IMG/VR virus record: IMGVR_UViG_3300032053_000003 | Span: 158,392-222,391 of that record | Origin: a virus | Reading direction: 5' to 3' (one strand) | DNA length: 64,000 bases | In this document: positions 35,286-44,487 of the stretch, one piece after another | How the letters are laid out: each line of letters opens with the position of its first letter | Numbering within the stretch: position 1 is the stretch's first letter | Position numbers and translations under genes: made by a program | Notes under the pieces: model-generated | The model's input: the letters and a program-made list of their open reading frames with translations, nothing else | Database searches by the model: none | Told to the model about the DNA's origin: nothing

Positions 35286-35627
35286 GTGATGATGAATTCT
35301 GAAGAGAGGCTTATAAAGAAATGCATGGATACTGTGAAGTGGTGGTCAAGAGAGGTCTTGTCCAAGCTTATGCAGAGGCTTTACCATGGAGACTGGGAGA
35401 AGAGAAGTATTTACGAAATATTTGAATGGGCTGAAAAGGAAATGCAGGAACTAAAAGATGAGGTTCACAAGGTTATCCATGTGGATGCTGATACAATATG
35501 CAATGTGGATCTTCAGAGAACAAACTTGAGTCAGATTATAGATGAGTGCCGTGATGTATCGGCAACAACAATGATGTTGGCTCAGAAGTGTAAGGATCTT
35601 AAGGATTTTCAGGATGGTAAAAGATAA
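35286..35627 (+). CDS. Hypothetical protein, possibly a MazG-like NTP pyrophosphohydrolase
   Basis: Acidic helix EIFEWAEKEMQELKDEV. Weak. Confidence 0.3.
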   Translation: MMMNSEERLIKKCMDTVKWWSREVLSKLMQRLYHGDWEKRSIYEIFEWAEKEMQELKDEVHKVIHVDADTICNVDLQRTNLSQIIDECRDVSATTMMLAQKCKDLKDFQDGKR

Positions 35628-36172
35628 TGGGTATAGATACAACTGTTGATGTACCTGATGGTGTCAGTGGGGACTGGAGAGTAGAGACTTTTGAGGTAGA
35701 GAAGCCTTCAATCTATCTTCTTCTCAAAGGAAGACCTGTTGAACCAGGAACATACAAAAGGCTCATGTTCAAAAATGAGGTGATCATGAGTAACACCCCT
35801 GCTGAGGTTCGAGACTTCATGTACTTTGTCTGGAAAGCAAAAGGTAACGTGTTAATAAACGGTCTTGGTCTTGGAGTGGTCCTGAAAGCTGTCTTACAAA
35901 TGCCAGTGAGATCTGTCACTGTGATAGAGATCTCGGAAGATGTCATAAAGCTGGTGGCTCCTATCTTCAATGATCCAAGAGTAACAATAATTCAGGCTGA
36001 TGCCATGACCTGGAAACCCCCTAGTGGCATGTACTATAATGCAGTCTGGCATGACATCTGGACCTCCATCTGTGAAACAAACCTTGATGATATGAAGTTT
36101 TTACATAGAAGGTATGGTAAGAGGTGTGACTGGCAAGCCTCATGGTGTAGAGAGGAACTGGATAGGTATTGA
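35627..36172 (+). CDS. Rossmann-fold class I SAM-methyltransferase-like protein
   Basis: VLINGLGLGVV, VIEIS, TIIQADA, YNAVWHDIW. TAATG coupling to the previous gene. Confidence 0.4.
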   Translation: MGIDTTVDVPDGVSGDWRVETFEVEKPSIYLLLKGRPVEPGTYKRLMFKNEVIMSNTPAEVRDFMYFVWKAKGNVLINGLGLGVVLKAVLQMPVRSVTVIEISEDVIKLVAPIFNDPRVTIIQADAMTWKPPSGMYYNAVWHDIWTSICETNLDDMKFLHRRYGKRCDWQASWCREELDRY

Positions 36173-36189
36173 ATTTTTAAAATTAATAG

Positions 36190-36381
36190 CTAATCATCAG
36201 CCTTCAAATTTGTTAGAGGTGCTCCGTAGAAAAGTTTGCCACAAGTAGTACAGGAGATGTTCTTGTACTTCAAAGGAATATAGAACCACAGTATCTTTTT
36301 ACCCTCTGAGTATGTACAGGCACTATGTAGGTGAACCAAACAGTGACACCATCGAAGAAAAAAAGCCTTTAGTATTATCAT
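36190..36381 (-). CDS. Hypothetical small protein
   Basis: 63-aa ORF. Confidence 0.3.
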   Translation of the reverse strand: MIILKAFFLRWCHCLVHLHSACTYSEGKKILWFYIPLKYKNISCTTCGKLFYGAPLTNLKADD

Positions 36382-36638
36382 AATCTCTCCATAGTTTTAA
36401 CCAGCTTCTTTTTGCAAAACTCGTCATGCATGAACCTGCTCATGTCTGATGATGAGTACCTTTCTGACAGGTAGAAGGTCTTCTCATCAATCTTATTTAT
36501 TACCCAGTCACCTACCTCTATTGTTTCATCAACAGGTGTTTCTACAATAATACAAAGAACAAAGTTTACGATATCAGATAAGTCATTGGTAGTAATGTTC
36601 TTTGCAGGGAGGTCTTTAACTAAGTTCTTTAAATTCAT
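36378..36638 (-). CDS. Hypothetical protein
   Basis: 86-aa ORF. Confidence 0.4.
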   Translation of the reverse strand: MNLKNLVKDLPAKNITTNDLSDIVNFVLCIIVETPVDETIEVGDWVINKIDEKTFYLSERYSSSDMSRFMHDEFCKKKLVKTMERL

Positions 36639-36643
36639 GGATA

Positions 36644-37006
36644 CTATCTTAGAATAGGAAACACATATTTAGTCAATCCTTTTTCAGTGGCTACTTCAAT
36701 CATGTTGGTTGTTCCAGGGCTTCTCTTATCATAATCATAAAGGGCAAGGAGTGCTCCTTCCTTACCTACATAGTTAGCCATCCTAGCATTTCGTATCATC
36801 CCAGCCTTCTTGCCCCAGCCCTTCCAATCAGCATCAAATCTCTTTATGGGTATGTTGTGCTCTTTAGCCCACCTCTCACCCATGGTGTCAACTCCACGAG
36901 CACCTCCACTGACCACCTCAGTTATCTCCCATGTAATTTGTTCAATAGCCAGTAACAGATCCTCATAATTATTGTAGTCTCTAGGTCCTGCAATTATAGT
37001 ACGCAT
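36644..37006 (-). CDS. SLOG-superfamily (DUF2493-like) protein
   Basis: SGGARGVDTMGERWAKEHNIP...ADW...AGMIRN..M...ALLALYD. Confidence 0.45.
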   Translation of the reverse strand: MRTIIAGPRDYNNYEDLLLAIEQITWEITEVVSGGARGVDTMGERWAKEHNIPIKRFDADWKGWGKKAGMIRNARMANYVGKEGALLALYDYDKRSPGTTNMIEVATEKGLTKYVFPILR

Positions 37007-37221
37007 TGCTCCCTCTTTTTAATACTCTCTTTGAGATCCAATGTAACACCTAACCTCTTAGCTTCCCTTTCCAAGGCACTTTTTACTATATACCATTTTA
37101 CTCCCCATCTTGCAGCAATCTGATATGCTGTCATGCCTTTTTTGAACTGACTATACATTTTTGAATCTCTGTCTGCCCTATAGATTTTTGTACCTTGTAG
37201 ATCAAGAGCAGCATTCATCAT
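36994..37221 (-). CDS. Hypothetical protein
   Basis: 75-aa ORF. Confidence 0.4.
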   Translation of the reverse strand: MMNAALDLQGTKIYRADRDSKMYSQFKKGMTAYQIAARWGVKWYIVKSALEREAKRLGVTLDLKESIKKREQCVL

Positions 37222-37235
37222 TACAATAGTACCTC

Positions 37236-37529
37236 CTATTTTGAATAATGCTGATGCTTTCTAGGACACACCAGCCTTGCAAGATCGTGAGATAGGGGTT
37301 CTAGGGGTTCTATACCTGCTTCCTTAGCAGCTCTTGTCATCCCAGCAAGTGACAAAGATGATATAGGACAGAAATCACACCTACAATCACCCATCTCACT
37401 ACCCTCACAGGAGGGATTAGTAACAGAACAGTAATGCAACCAGAGGATCTTATGAGCCTGTTTCAAAGCTTCATAATCATCCTTTGAAACCAGAGCATTC
37501 CATTCTTCCTCGGTCAGGATGTACTGCAC
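37236..37529 (-). CDS. Cys-rich hypothetical protein
   Basis: CSVTNPSCEGSEMGDCRCDFCP. Confidence 0.4.
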   Translation of the reverse strand: MQYILTEEEWNALVSKDDYEALKQAHKILWLHYCSVTNPSCEGSEMGDCRCDFCPISSLSLAGMTRAAKEAGIEPLEPLSHDLARLVCPRKHQHYSK

Positions 37530-37720
37530 TATTCACTACTCTTTATAGCTGCATGGCTTTCAGGATCTGTAGAGAACCATCTGACGTTACCTACGAGAGG
37601 GATAGTCCTGTTCTGCCCATTCATCAGCTTCATCCAAAGGATATGACCACCTTGTCTCACCTCTGAGCATTCAAAAGATTCCAGATACCCATCCCACCAT
37701 CTTACATTGACTAGGATCAT
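37529..37720 (-). CDS. Hypothetical protein
   Basis: 63-aa ORF. Confidence 0.35.
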   Translation of the reverse strand: MILVNVRWWDGYLESFECSEVRQGGHILWMKLMNGQNRTIPLVGNVRWFSTDPESHAAIKSSE

Positions 37721-37738
37721 AAACTTACCTCCTTGTGC

Positions 37739-37996
37739 TTAAGCATCCTTAATCAAGTGACCAAAGACTCTTTCAAGAACATCAGGTAACCCCCATGACT
37801 CTACCTTTAGAGCAGCTTCCACTTCAGTAAGGGATTCAAAGGAGTTGGCACCCTCTTGGTAGGTGAACCAGTTATTATTGGCTGTTCTGCAGAGGACAAC
37901 GTGGTCATATCCCTGACCAAAACTTGTAACCTCAGTTGCCATATCAGTGTCATACCTTACGAGCTTCTGAATAGTCTTCATTTCACCCCCCATCAA
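37739..37996 (-). CDS. Hypothetical protein
   Basis: 85-aa ORF. Confidence 0.4.
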   Translation of the reverse strand: MMGGEMKTIQKLVRYDTDMATEVTSFGQGYDHVVLCRTANNNWFTYQEGANSFESLTEVEAALKVESWGLPDVLERVFGHLIKDA

Positions 37997-39531
37997 ATTT
38001 GAATTTCCACGTTCCAGTTATATCGATCCCTTATCACCTTGTCCCTTGGCTGTTTGTCCTCAGGTATCTCTTCTTCACTGAGGATCTTGTGGTCCCACTT
38101 GTAAGCCTTCTCAGCATCATTGAACAACATCCTAAAGTCCTTCCTTAACCCTTCCTTACATTTCAGAACTATGCCAGTGTCAGTGTACACAACATCGAAG
38201 TCCAGACATCCACCCCAGCTTGTTCCCAGAGTGAAGTCCACAACTATAGGACATTCAATCCAAGGATACAGTCTAAGATTTTCTGTCTCACAGATGTGCT
38301 TAACCATTTTAATTAAGAGAGGCAGCTCACCAGGATAGATATCAAACAAAATACTGTCATGGACACTGCCTACTATGATAGATTTCAGACCCTTCCTCTT
38401 CATAGCCTTATAGAGTCTTCCTATAGAGTCTGATACAAGATCAGAGGCAGGACTTTGAATTTTATAGTTGACTGCCCTTCTGTGATTGGCTTCTTTATCT
38501 TCTTCACCTTTGAAGTTTATCATGTTGATAGGGATGATTCTGCCAAACACAGTTTCTACCGTGTGACTAGCATCTACCTCATTGTAGCACTCCTGGAAGT
38601 ACTCACTCAGACTTGTGCACCCTGAAAACAGACCATCCTTGATCTTCTTAGCTGCTTTTGTTGTGATATTGAGCTGCTCACCAAGGCTCTTATCGGAGAG
38701 GCCATAGATCAATCCGAAATTAACCGTTTTAGCCTCTTTCCTCTGTTTTTGTGTAACCTTATCAAGCTTTACCCCAAAGCAAACAGCAGCCGTAGCAGCA
38801 TGAATATCCACACCATTTTTAAAGGCTGTCAGCCACTTCTCTTCATGGGATAGAGAAGCTATTATTCTCAACTCCACCTGGGAAAAGTCAAAGCACCCAA
38901 ATAGACCTCCTACTTTTGCCCATCGGGATATAAAGAGTCTTTTAATATCTGAAACTTTGGGGAGGGTGTGAAATCCTGAAGAATGTCTGCCAGTTATAGT
39001 TCCATTTATTTGATAATTTGGATGATAGATGTTACCATCAAGATTATCACTGGCATTATCAAGATATGAGGATATTAGTTTCCTTAGTCCAGTATAAGCT
39101 GAGAGTGCAATAAGGAATTCCTTGGCATCAGCACTTGTATCCTTGTGTCTGATTAAGGCTTCGATAACATCCTTGTCAGTAGAGGGTGCAGATTTGCCCT
39201 CTTTAACTGATGTCATTTTGAAAAAGTCATCAAACAATATGCTCACTCTTTGCTGTGTGCTTCCAGGATTAAAGACTTTCTTTTCTAGCTCTTCCATGGA
39301 TAGTGGCTTCTTCTTTTTTGCATTATCTATGATGGCACTCTTCATACGAGGACGTATCCAATCTTCTATGAGACTAGCCATGGTGCCCCACTCACCTTTT
39401 GCCATCTCCTCATAAGCATTTTTTATGTAGTCAAAATTGTCTAAGTCAAACCAGATACCCTTAGTCTCAGCCTCGATAAACACAGGCAGTATGTTGTGAA
39501 GTATATCGATAACAACTTTACTCTTGCTCAT
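37993..39531 (-). CDS. Family-A DNA polymerase, polymerase (palm/fingers) subunit
   Basis: Motif A DFSQVELRIIA, motif B RKEAKTVNFGLIYG, motif C VHDSILFD. Confidence 0.85.
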   Translation of the reverse strand: MSKSKVVIDILHNILPVFIEAETKGIWFDLDNFDYIKNAYEEMAKGEWGTMASLIEDWIRPRMKSAIIDNAKKKKPLSMEELEKKVFNPGSTQQRVSILFDDFFKMTSVKEGKSAPSTDKDVIEALIRHKDTSADAKEFLIALSAYTGLRKLISSYLDNASDNLDGNIYHPNYQINGTITGRHSSGFHTLPKVSDIKRLFISRWAKVGGLFGCFDFSQVELRIIASLSHEEKWLTAFKNGVDIHAATAAVCFGVKLDKVTQKQRKEAKTVNFGLIYGLSDKSLGEQLNITTKAAKKIKDGLFSGCTSLSEYFQECYNEVDASHTVETVFGRIIPINMINFKGEEDKEANHRRAVNYKIQSPASDLVSDSIGRLYKAMKRKGLKSIIVGSVHDSILFDIYPGELPLLIKMVKHICETENLRLYPWIECPIVVDFTLGTSWGGCLDFDVVYTDTGIVLKCKEGLRKDFRMLFNDAEKAYKWDHKILSEEEIPEDKQPRDKVIRDRYNWNVEIQI

Positions 39532-40798
39532 TTGTTATCCTCTCATCAAGAGCAGTAAATAAGGCATCATTATAAAAAGTATCCAGAGCAGCATACTCAC
39601 CAAGAATAGAAGTGGGAATGTTGGCATAAGTACGATCCTCTATCTTACGAAACATCTTTATGTAGGTACTTACTGGAAGCTCCCAATTTGGAACACCAAA
39701 CCACTTCGTACAGAGTGTTTTTAGATCAAGATAACCAAAGGTCTGTCTTCCTATCAGTATGTGGGCAAGCAGCAGAGTATCATAGTAAACCCTGATCTTA
39801 TCTAGCTTTGCGATACCCATTGCTATAGCAAAATCTATGTCGAATTTAAGATTGTGGCCCACAATAGGTACAGTCTCTATCATCTCTCCTATAGCATGAT
39901 TAATCCTTACAATATTTTTGGCAGAGAGATCGATATTGATAGGATAGAACTTATTCATATATGGGTAATCCTCATGGTGCATGATGTTAGATATATGAAT
40001 AGGAACTGCTAAGGACTTTTTATTTACCAAGTTATTGTAAAAGGAGTACATGATGATCTTGTGTTTCCATGGAAGGAATCCACTAGTCTCACAGTCATAT
40101 AAAACATACTGAATAGCCTTGTCCTTGTAAGCTTCCACAATAAGCTTGGACTCTTTGATAGCCAAGGAGGGTTCAGCTATCACCCACTTCCTATCTTCCA
40201 CAGGCTCCTCTTTATCATGGTTAAGAGCCTCTCTGACTACGTTACGAAACTCCTTATCTGTTGTTGTGCCTATCTTGCCCCTGATAATATAAGAAGGGTG
40301 GTAGTTGGGGAAGAGCTTCCATACTCTGCCCTCTATGGTTACAAACTGTATATTACCTATCTCTTTTTCAATCCCTTTGTGCTTACCGATGAGGGATGTG
40401 AGAGGGCTGTTACCAAGGGACATGATTGCTGTCTCTTTAGGATTAAAGAGAGACAGCTCTTTATACAAGAAAGGTCGGCACCATTCTATTTCTTGGTTAG
40501 ACGGTTTTCTGGGACCTCGTTCATAATCAAAAGGATCTAGGTAAGGACAACACTTCACTGTGTTGGTTATGTATACAAGACCCTCCTCTTCCCCAAGAAC
40601 TTCTGATAAGAGCTGTCCCGATCTCCCAATGAAGACCTCACCTTCTAAGTCTTCAATTTTGCCAGGAGCCTCACCGATGATAATCAGCTTAGGATGATCA
40701 ATATTACCCCTAGCTCTTATCCTGGGTTTATTACAAAGCCTATGTAGGCCACATGCACCGCAATTATTTTCCATATTGCCCTTACCCTTTTGAAACAA
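39518..40798 (-). CDS. Family-A DNA polymerase N-terminal subunit: family-4 UDG-like domain plus 3'-5' exonuclease
   Basis: UDG-4 motifs IIGEAPG and GRSGQLL with N-terminal Cys residues. Exo I LYDCETSGF, Exo II HNLKFD, Exo III YAALD. Confidence 0.8.
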   Translation of the reverse strand: MFQKGKGNMENNCGACGLHRLCNKPRIRARGNIDHPKLIIIGEAPGKIEDLEGEVFIGRSGQLLSEVLGEEEGLVYITNTVKCCPYLDPFDYERGPRKPSNQEIEWCRPFLYKELSLFNPKETAIMSLGNSPLTSLIGKHKGIEKEIGNIQFVTIEGRVWKLFPNYHPSYIIRGKIGTTTDKEFRNVVREALNHDKEEPVEDRKWVIAEPSLAIKESKLIVEAYKDKAIQYVLYDCETSGFLPWKHKIIMYSFYNNLVNKKSLAVPIHISNIMHHEDYPYMNKFYPINIDLSAKNIVRINHAIGEMIETVPIVGHNLKFDIDFAIAMGIAKLDKIRVYYDTLLLAHILIGRQTFGYLDLKTLCTKWFGVPNWELPVSTYIKMFRKIEDRTYANIPTSILGEYAALDTFYNDALFTALDERITNEQE

Positions 40799-40826
40799 TT
40801 ACAACTTAATCACAATATGGTAGTTG

Positions 40827-41114
40827 CTATCCTTTGACCTTTTTCAAAGCATGTACTGCGTTTACTGCTTTCTTGAGCCTCTCAGTGAACCCTTCTGTTT
40901 TAACCTGTACCTTTTCTGGTACAAATGAAAGCTTAACCTGGATTTCATTGACTGTGAGATCGTCTGTGGGGAGTATAGTAGCTCCCAATGTTAACTTCAG
41001 GCCCTTCTCACTCATCATTCCTACAGCTTTTACCAGGTTATCCTGTTCCTCATCCAGAGCTTCACCAATAAAAGTAATTAGCCCATTTCTAATTTCCTCA
41101 TATGGAGCCGACAT
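40827..41114 (-). CDS. Hypothetical protein
   Basis: 95-aa ORF. Confidence 0.45.
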   Translation of the reverse strand: MSAPYEEIRNGLITFIGEALDEEQDNLVKAVGMMSEKGLKLTLGATILPTDDLTVNEIQVKLSFVPEKVQVKTEGFTERLKKAVNAVHALKKVKG

Positions 41115-41124
41115 TGCAACCTCC

Positions 41125-41568
41125 TCATTTCTTTCTAGTTCTTGGTTTAGGGTTATCCCTCTTGATATATCTTCGTTTGCCGTTAAGATCCCTTTCTACC
41201 TCTTTGAAAAGCTCCCTTAGCCTACTCTCATCTTTGTCTAACCATGTTCCAGGTATCTCTCCATTATGGCTCCAGAAGTGCATGATAGACATGTCTACAG
41301 AGAGAAACCGTTTGAAAGCCATCTTGGTAGCTTCCTGGTCTTCGTCATCACCTACTGTAGCCAGGATCAGTAACAGGTTTCTGTGAGCATTCAGTTCCCT
41401 TTCTATGAAGAAGGATTGGATTTTTGAGAAAGCATCCTTAACATCAGAGGGTACTTGACTATAGGCAGCACTCAAGGTCTCCAATAAGGCTAAAGACTTC
41501 TCAGCGTATTTTACGTGAGATAATACCTTAGTCCGTAAAGCCTTCTGTTCCTCTTCCCTATTTATCAT
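41125..41568 (-). CDS. Hypothetical protein
   Basis: 147-aa ORF. Confidence 0.45.
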   Translation of the reverse strand: MINREEEQKALRTKVLSHVKYAEKSLALLETLSAAYSQVPSDVKDAFSKIQSFFIERELNAHRNLLLILATVGDDEDQEATKMAFKRFLSVDMSIMHFWSHNGEIPGTWLDKDESRLRELFKEVERDLNGKRRYIKRDNPKPRTRKK

Positions 41569-41812
41569 TTTTATCCTTGAGTGCTAAAAGTTTTTCAATG
41601 AGAAGATCTACGGACCTCTCTGTTTTGAATCCTACAACAAGGTCATAACTGTCTATAATGGCTGTCTCACCCTTCTTATACATCATTTCATTATTGCTGA
41701 AAACTATAGCCTTGTAATCCAAGAGACCATCATCGTTTATTATCTCAACAGGGGTAAGAACGGTATCTGTATCACCTAGTAAGTAGACATCTTTCCCCTC
41801 TTCTTTTATCAT
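41558..41812 (-). CDS. Hypothetical protein
   Basis: 84-aa ORF. Confidence 0.4.
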   Translation of the reverse strand: MIKEEGKDVYLLGDTDTVLTPVEIINDDGLLDYKAIVFSNNEMMYKKGETAIIDSYDLVVGFKTERSVDLLIEKLLALKDKNDK

Positions 41813-42177
41813 TTGAGGTCTCTTTTTTCCAGTTTTGATTTAAAGGTTACCTCCCTCAAAATACCATCCTCAGAGCTGATAAATACAAGAGAGTCACCTA
41901 TAAGGATGTTCATTATGGTGTTGATGATGCCAATGGGATTGACACCCCAGTATCCGAACTCCTCACTGAAGACTATATTGATCATGTTATTGTTAGTTTC
42001 CATACTCTGTACCTTCTCACTATCCCCCTCCAGGAAGCTGGTGAGAATATATTTGTTGATTGGTACTGCATTGAGAATGGCATTGAGTGCTTGGAGTAAC
42101 TTTTCCTTCTCTTCCATAATACCTCCTAGAATGGCAGCTTCTTTGTAGCAAAGCCAGCTGCTGATTTGTGACCACAA
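41809..42177 (-). CDS. Hypothetical protein
   Basis: 122-aa ORF. Confidence 0.4.
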   Translation of the reverse strand: MWSQISSWLCYKEAAILGGIMEEKEKLLQALNAILNAVPINKYILTSFLEGDSEKVQSMETNNNMINIVFSEEFGYWGVNPIGIINTIMNILIGDSLVFISSEDGILREVTFKSKLEKRDLK

Positions 42178-42992
42178 CCACCATACTCTTTGGCAATGAT
42201 CGATACATCTATGTGTTCATTATTCGTGTATAAGGACACTATCCACTTAACTTTTTGCCTATTAAATAGGAGGAGACCATCAGCTTCTATCTTGAACTTT
42301 TTAAAATCAAGTTTTCTCAGGGCAGTGTTGCTGGTGTCTGTATTGATAGCCAGGAATTTATGACCCCCTAGAGTAACATGGAAAGAGCAGTTAAAGAGGA
42401 GATCGTATACCCTGCTCTCTTGGTATTTAAGGATAATGTGACCCATTGTACAGATATTGTCTACAAACATTTTTGAATCACGTTTTGATTTGGTAGAGGG
42501 GTCGAGTAGTACTTCCCAGATAGATGATTCTGGGTTCAGATCAAACATTGAGGACCCTATATGGAACAGCATGGTTTTGTCTCCATACTTGTACTTCCAC
42601 TCATCATAATTGCTGACCAGATTAATCACATAAGGAGGTTTCATACCTGCTCTGTAGTAATTCCATACCAGAAGACAAGCTCCACCCTCACCAGACTTAA
42701 AGACATAATCAAGTTCTTCTTTGTCTATTTGATCTACTATGTCTATTGTGGTCTTATGATGATCAATCCAGGTCACAGTCTTCGTTATACTTCTGAGCTT
42801 ATTGTAAACTCCAAGAGGTATAGACAGGTCTACAAGGATAACATGATCATCACTCTCTATCTTTGAAAAATTTGGATCTGAAATATTGGAATTGTTAACA
42901 GGGATGAACTGAATACCAGGGTACTCCTGTTTTACTATGGCTGCTGCACATTTACCATCAGAGTCATTATGATAATAACAATATTGTCTCAC
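42126..42992 (-). CDS. DHH/DHHA1 phosphoesterase (NrnA/RecJ-like nuclease or phosphodiesterase)
   Basis: HNDSDG, ILVDLS, WIDHHKT (DHH), C-terminal GGCGHKSAAGF (DHHA1 GGGH motif). Confidence 0.7.
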   Translation of the reverse strand: MRQYCYYHNDSDGKCAAAIVKQEYPGIQFIPVNNSNISDPNFSKIESDDHVILVDLSIPLGVYNKLRSITKTVTWIDHHKTTIDIVDQIDKEELDYVFKSGEGGACLLVWNYYRAGMKPPYVINLVSNYDEWKYKYGDKTMLFHIGSSMFDLNPESSIWEVLLDPSTKSKRDSKMFVDNICTMGHIILKYQESRVYDLLFNCSFHVTLGGHKFLAINTDTSNTALRKLDFKKFKIEADGLLLFNRQKVKWIVSLYTNNEHIDVSIIAKEYGGCGHKSAAGFATKKLPF

Positions 42993-43180
42993 AGTGATTC
43001 CAGTTTATCAATAAGTTTGGTTAAATTAATATTAGATGCTCTTATCTCTCGTAAGAGGTCCCTTTTCTTTATGATCAGTATGAAATTTTCCCCACCAGAG
43101 TTGATCTCCATTAAAATTAGTTTTAATTTATTACCCTGTGTTTCCACTTTATCAAGATACAGTTCTTTCATAGAGTACAC
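42989..43180 (-). CDS. Hypothetical small protein
   Basis: 63-aa ORF. Confidence 0.35.
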   Translation of the reverse strand: MYSMKELYLDKVETQGNKLKLILMEINSGGENFILIIKKRDLLREIRASNINLTKLIDKLESL

Positions 43181-43497
43181 CTTGATAATGTAACAGTAAA
43201 ATCAGCCTTTCCAGGGGATACTCTTTGAACAAGGAACGTCCCTAATGGGTGGATTCTAATTGTTTTGTTTATGGCTTCAAGGTCATCATCATAGGCACCT
43301 ATTACTTTCTTACCCTTGATGACAATGACACGACCATTATAGACAGGTATAAAAGCTTCCTGATTTTTCAAGTAGAAATTGAACTCCTCCAACAGAGGTA
43401 TGTTGGGTTCTGCTTTAAACTTAAGGGCATACCTGATCTGTTTAGGTGTACCAAGTTTTTTGTACTCCTCAAGAAGAGCTGCATCGGATGCTACCAT
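43168..43497 (-). CDS. Hypothetical protein
   Basis: 109-aa ORF. Confidence 0.45.
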   Translation of the reverse strand: MVASDAALLEEYKKLGTPKQIRYALKFKAEPNIPLLEEFNFYLKNQEAFIPVYNGRVIVIKGKKVIGAYDDDLEAINKTIRIHPLGTFLVQRVSPGKADFTVTLSRCTL

Positions 43498-43589
43498 AAA
43501 ACCCCCATCTGTTACTTAACAAAAATAAACCAACTATTAATTGTTCATAGCATATCATGATCAGAAAGGACAGTAAAGAAGGAAGTTAA

Positions 43590-43610
43590 ACAAAAACCCC
43601 AGAACTGGGG
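43590..43610 (-). terminator. Rho-independent terminator
   Basis: ccccagaactgggg hairpin followed on the minus strand by TTTTTG. Confidence 0.5.
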
Positions 43611-43711
43611 GATTCTGAGGTTCTTGATGTGTCCATATGGTCTAATGTGACCAACACACTATCTTTGTTAGTAATTAGTAATTACATTCTATTCTTTTGT
43701 CAAGCACTGAT

Positions 43712-43921
43712 TTAGATAAGTTCCTTATCAATAGCTAGTTTTTCAGGAATACTAATGCTGATGATATTGCCCTTTCCAGCATTTTCTAGTTCATCCTCAT
43801 CATACTCTATTGCTATTTTAGGTAGCCAGACTTGGGCACCATCTATATTAACAAGGACAGCACCTTCTGTCTGGTGGATATACTTAGCCTCAAAAGGAAT
43901 CATATTAGCATGTCTACTCAT
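43712..43921 (-). CDS. Hypothetical protein
   Basis: 69-aa ORF. Confidence 0.4.
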   Translation of the reverse strand: MSRHANMIPFEAKYIHQTEGAVLVNIDGAQVWLPKIAIEYDEDELENAGKGNIISISIPEKLAIDKELI

Positions 43922-43924
43922 ATT

Positions 43925-44437
43925 CTACTTCTTTTTACTGGCTTTCAGCTTTGCAGAGAGTCCTGATAATTCCTTCCTCTTTACTTTTGATTGAGGTGGT
44001 TGATCAGTTGTTGTCCTCTTCTTCCTCTTTACTTTTGGTTGAGGTTGTTCAGCTACAACATCAGGCTTTGTACCATCAGGCTCTATGTCCACAGGTTCAT
44101 CGATCAGTTCATTCAAGTCCAGGAGTTTAGGATTTGAATGAGGGAGTTCTGTTCTAGGCATATTGTGGATAGCCTCTATGATAGCATTGGATGCTTTCCT
44201 TACAAACAGCCTCTGCCCTCTAAGCAGATCTATTACCTCTTCCAAGGTTGTTGCTTCACTCTCCTTGATACCCCTCTCAAGCATCTTATGAAAAATCGGT
44301 TCTATGGAGGTATAGTATCCAAGGAGTACCTTTGACTCTTCACTTTTAGCAAGAGGTCCCTCTGGTTTCTTAAATTCATAAAGAATATACTGAAGTTTAT
44401 CTGATGATATTAAAAACTGATCTACCTTAAGTTCCAT
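43925..44437 (-). CDS. Hypothetical protein with a basic Lys/Arg-rich C-terminal tail
   Basis: 170-aa ORF. Confidence 0.5.
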   Translation of the reverse strand: MELKVDQFLISSDKLQYILYEFKKPEGPLAKSEESKVLLGYYTSIEPIFHKMLERGIKESEATTLEEVIDLLRGQRLFVRKASNAIIEAIHNMPRTELPHSNPKLLDLNELIDEPVDIEPDGTKPDVVAEQPQPKVKRKKRTTTDQPPQSKVKRKELSGLSAKLKASKKK

Positions 44438-44487
44438 ACAAAAACCTCCTGTCTTTACCTCTTAATATCAGATTTTTCAAAACAATA

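Noticed and set aside
37993-40798. Split PolA as a simple sequencing frameshift
   Set aside because: The second ORF has its own SD and an ATG that overlaps the first ORF's TAA in a typical stop-start coupling arrangement, and the domain boundary falls exactly between exo and pol. A sequencing artefact still cannot be excluded without reads.
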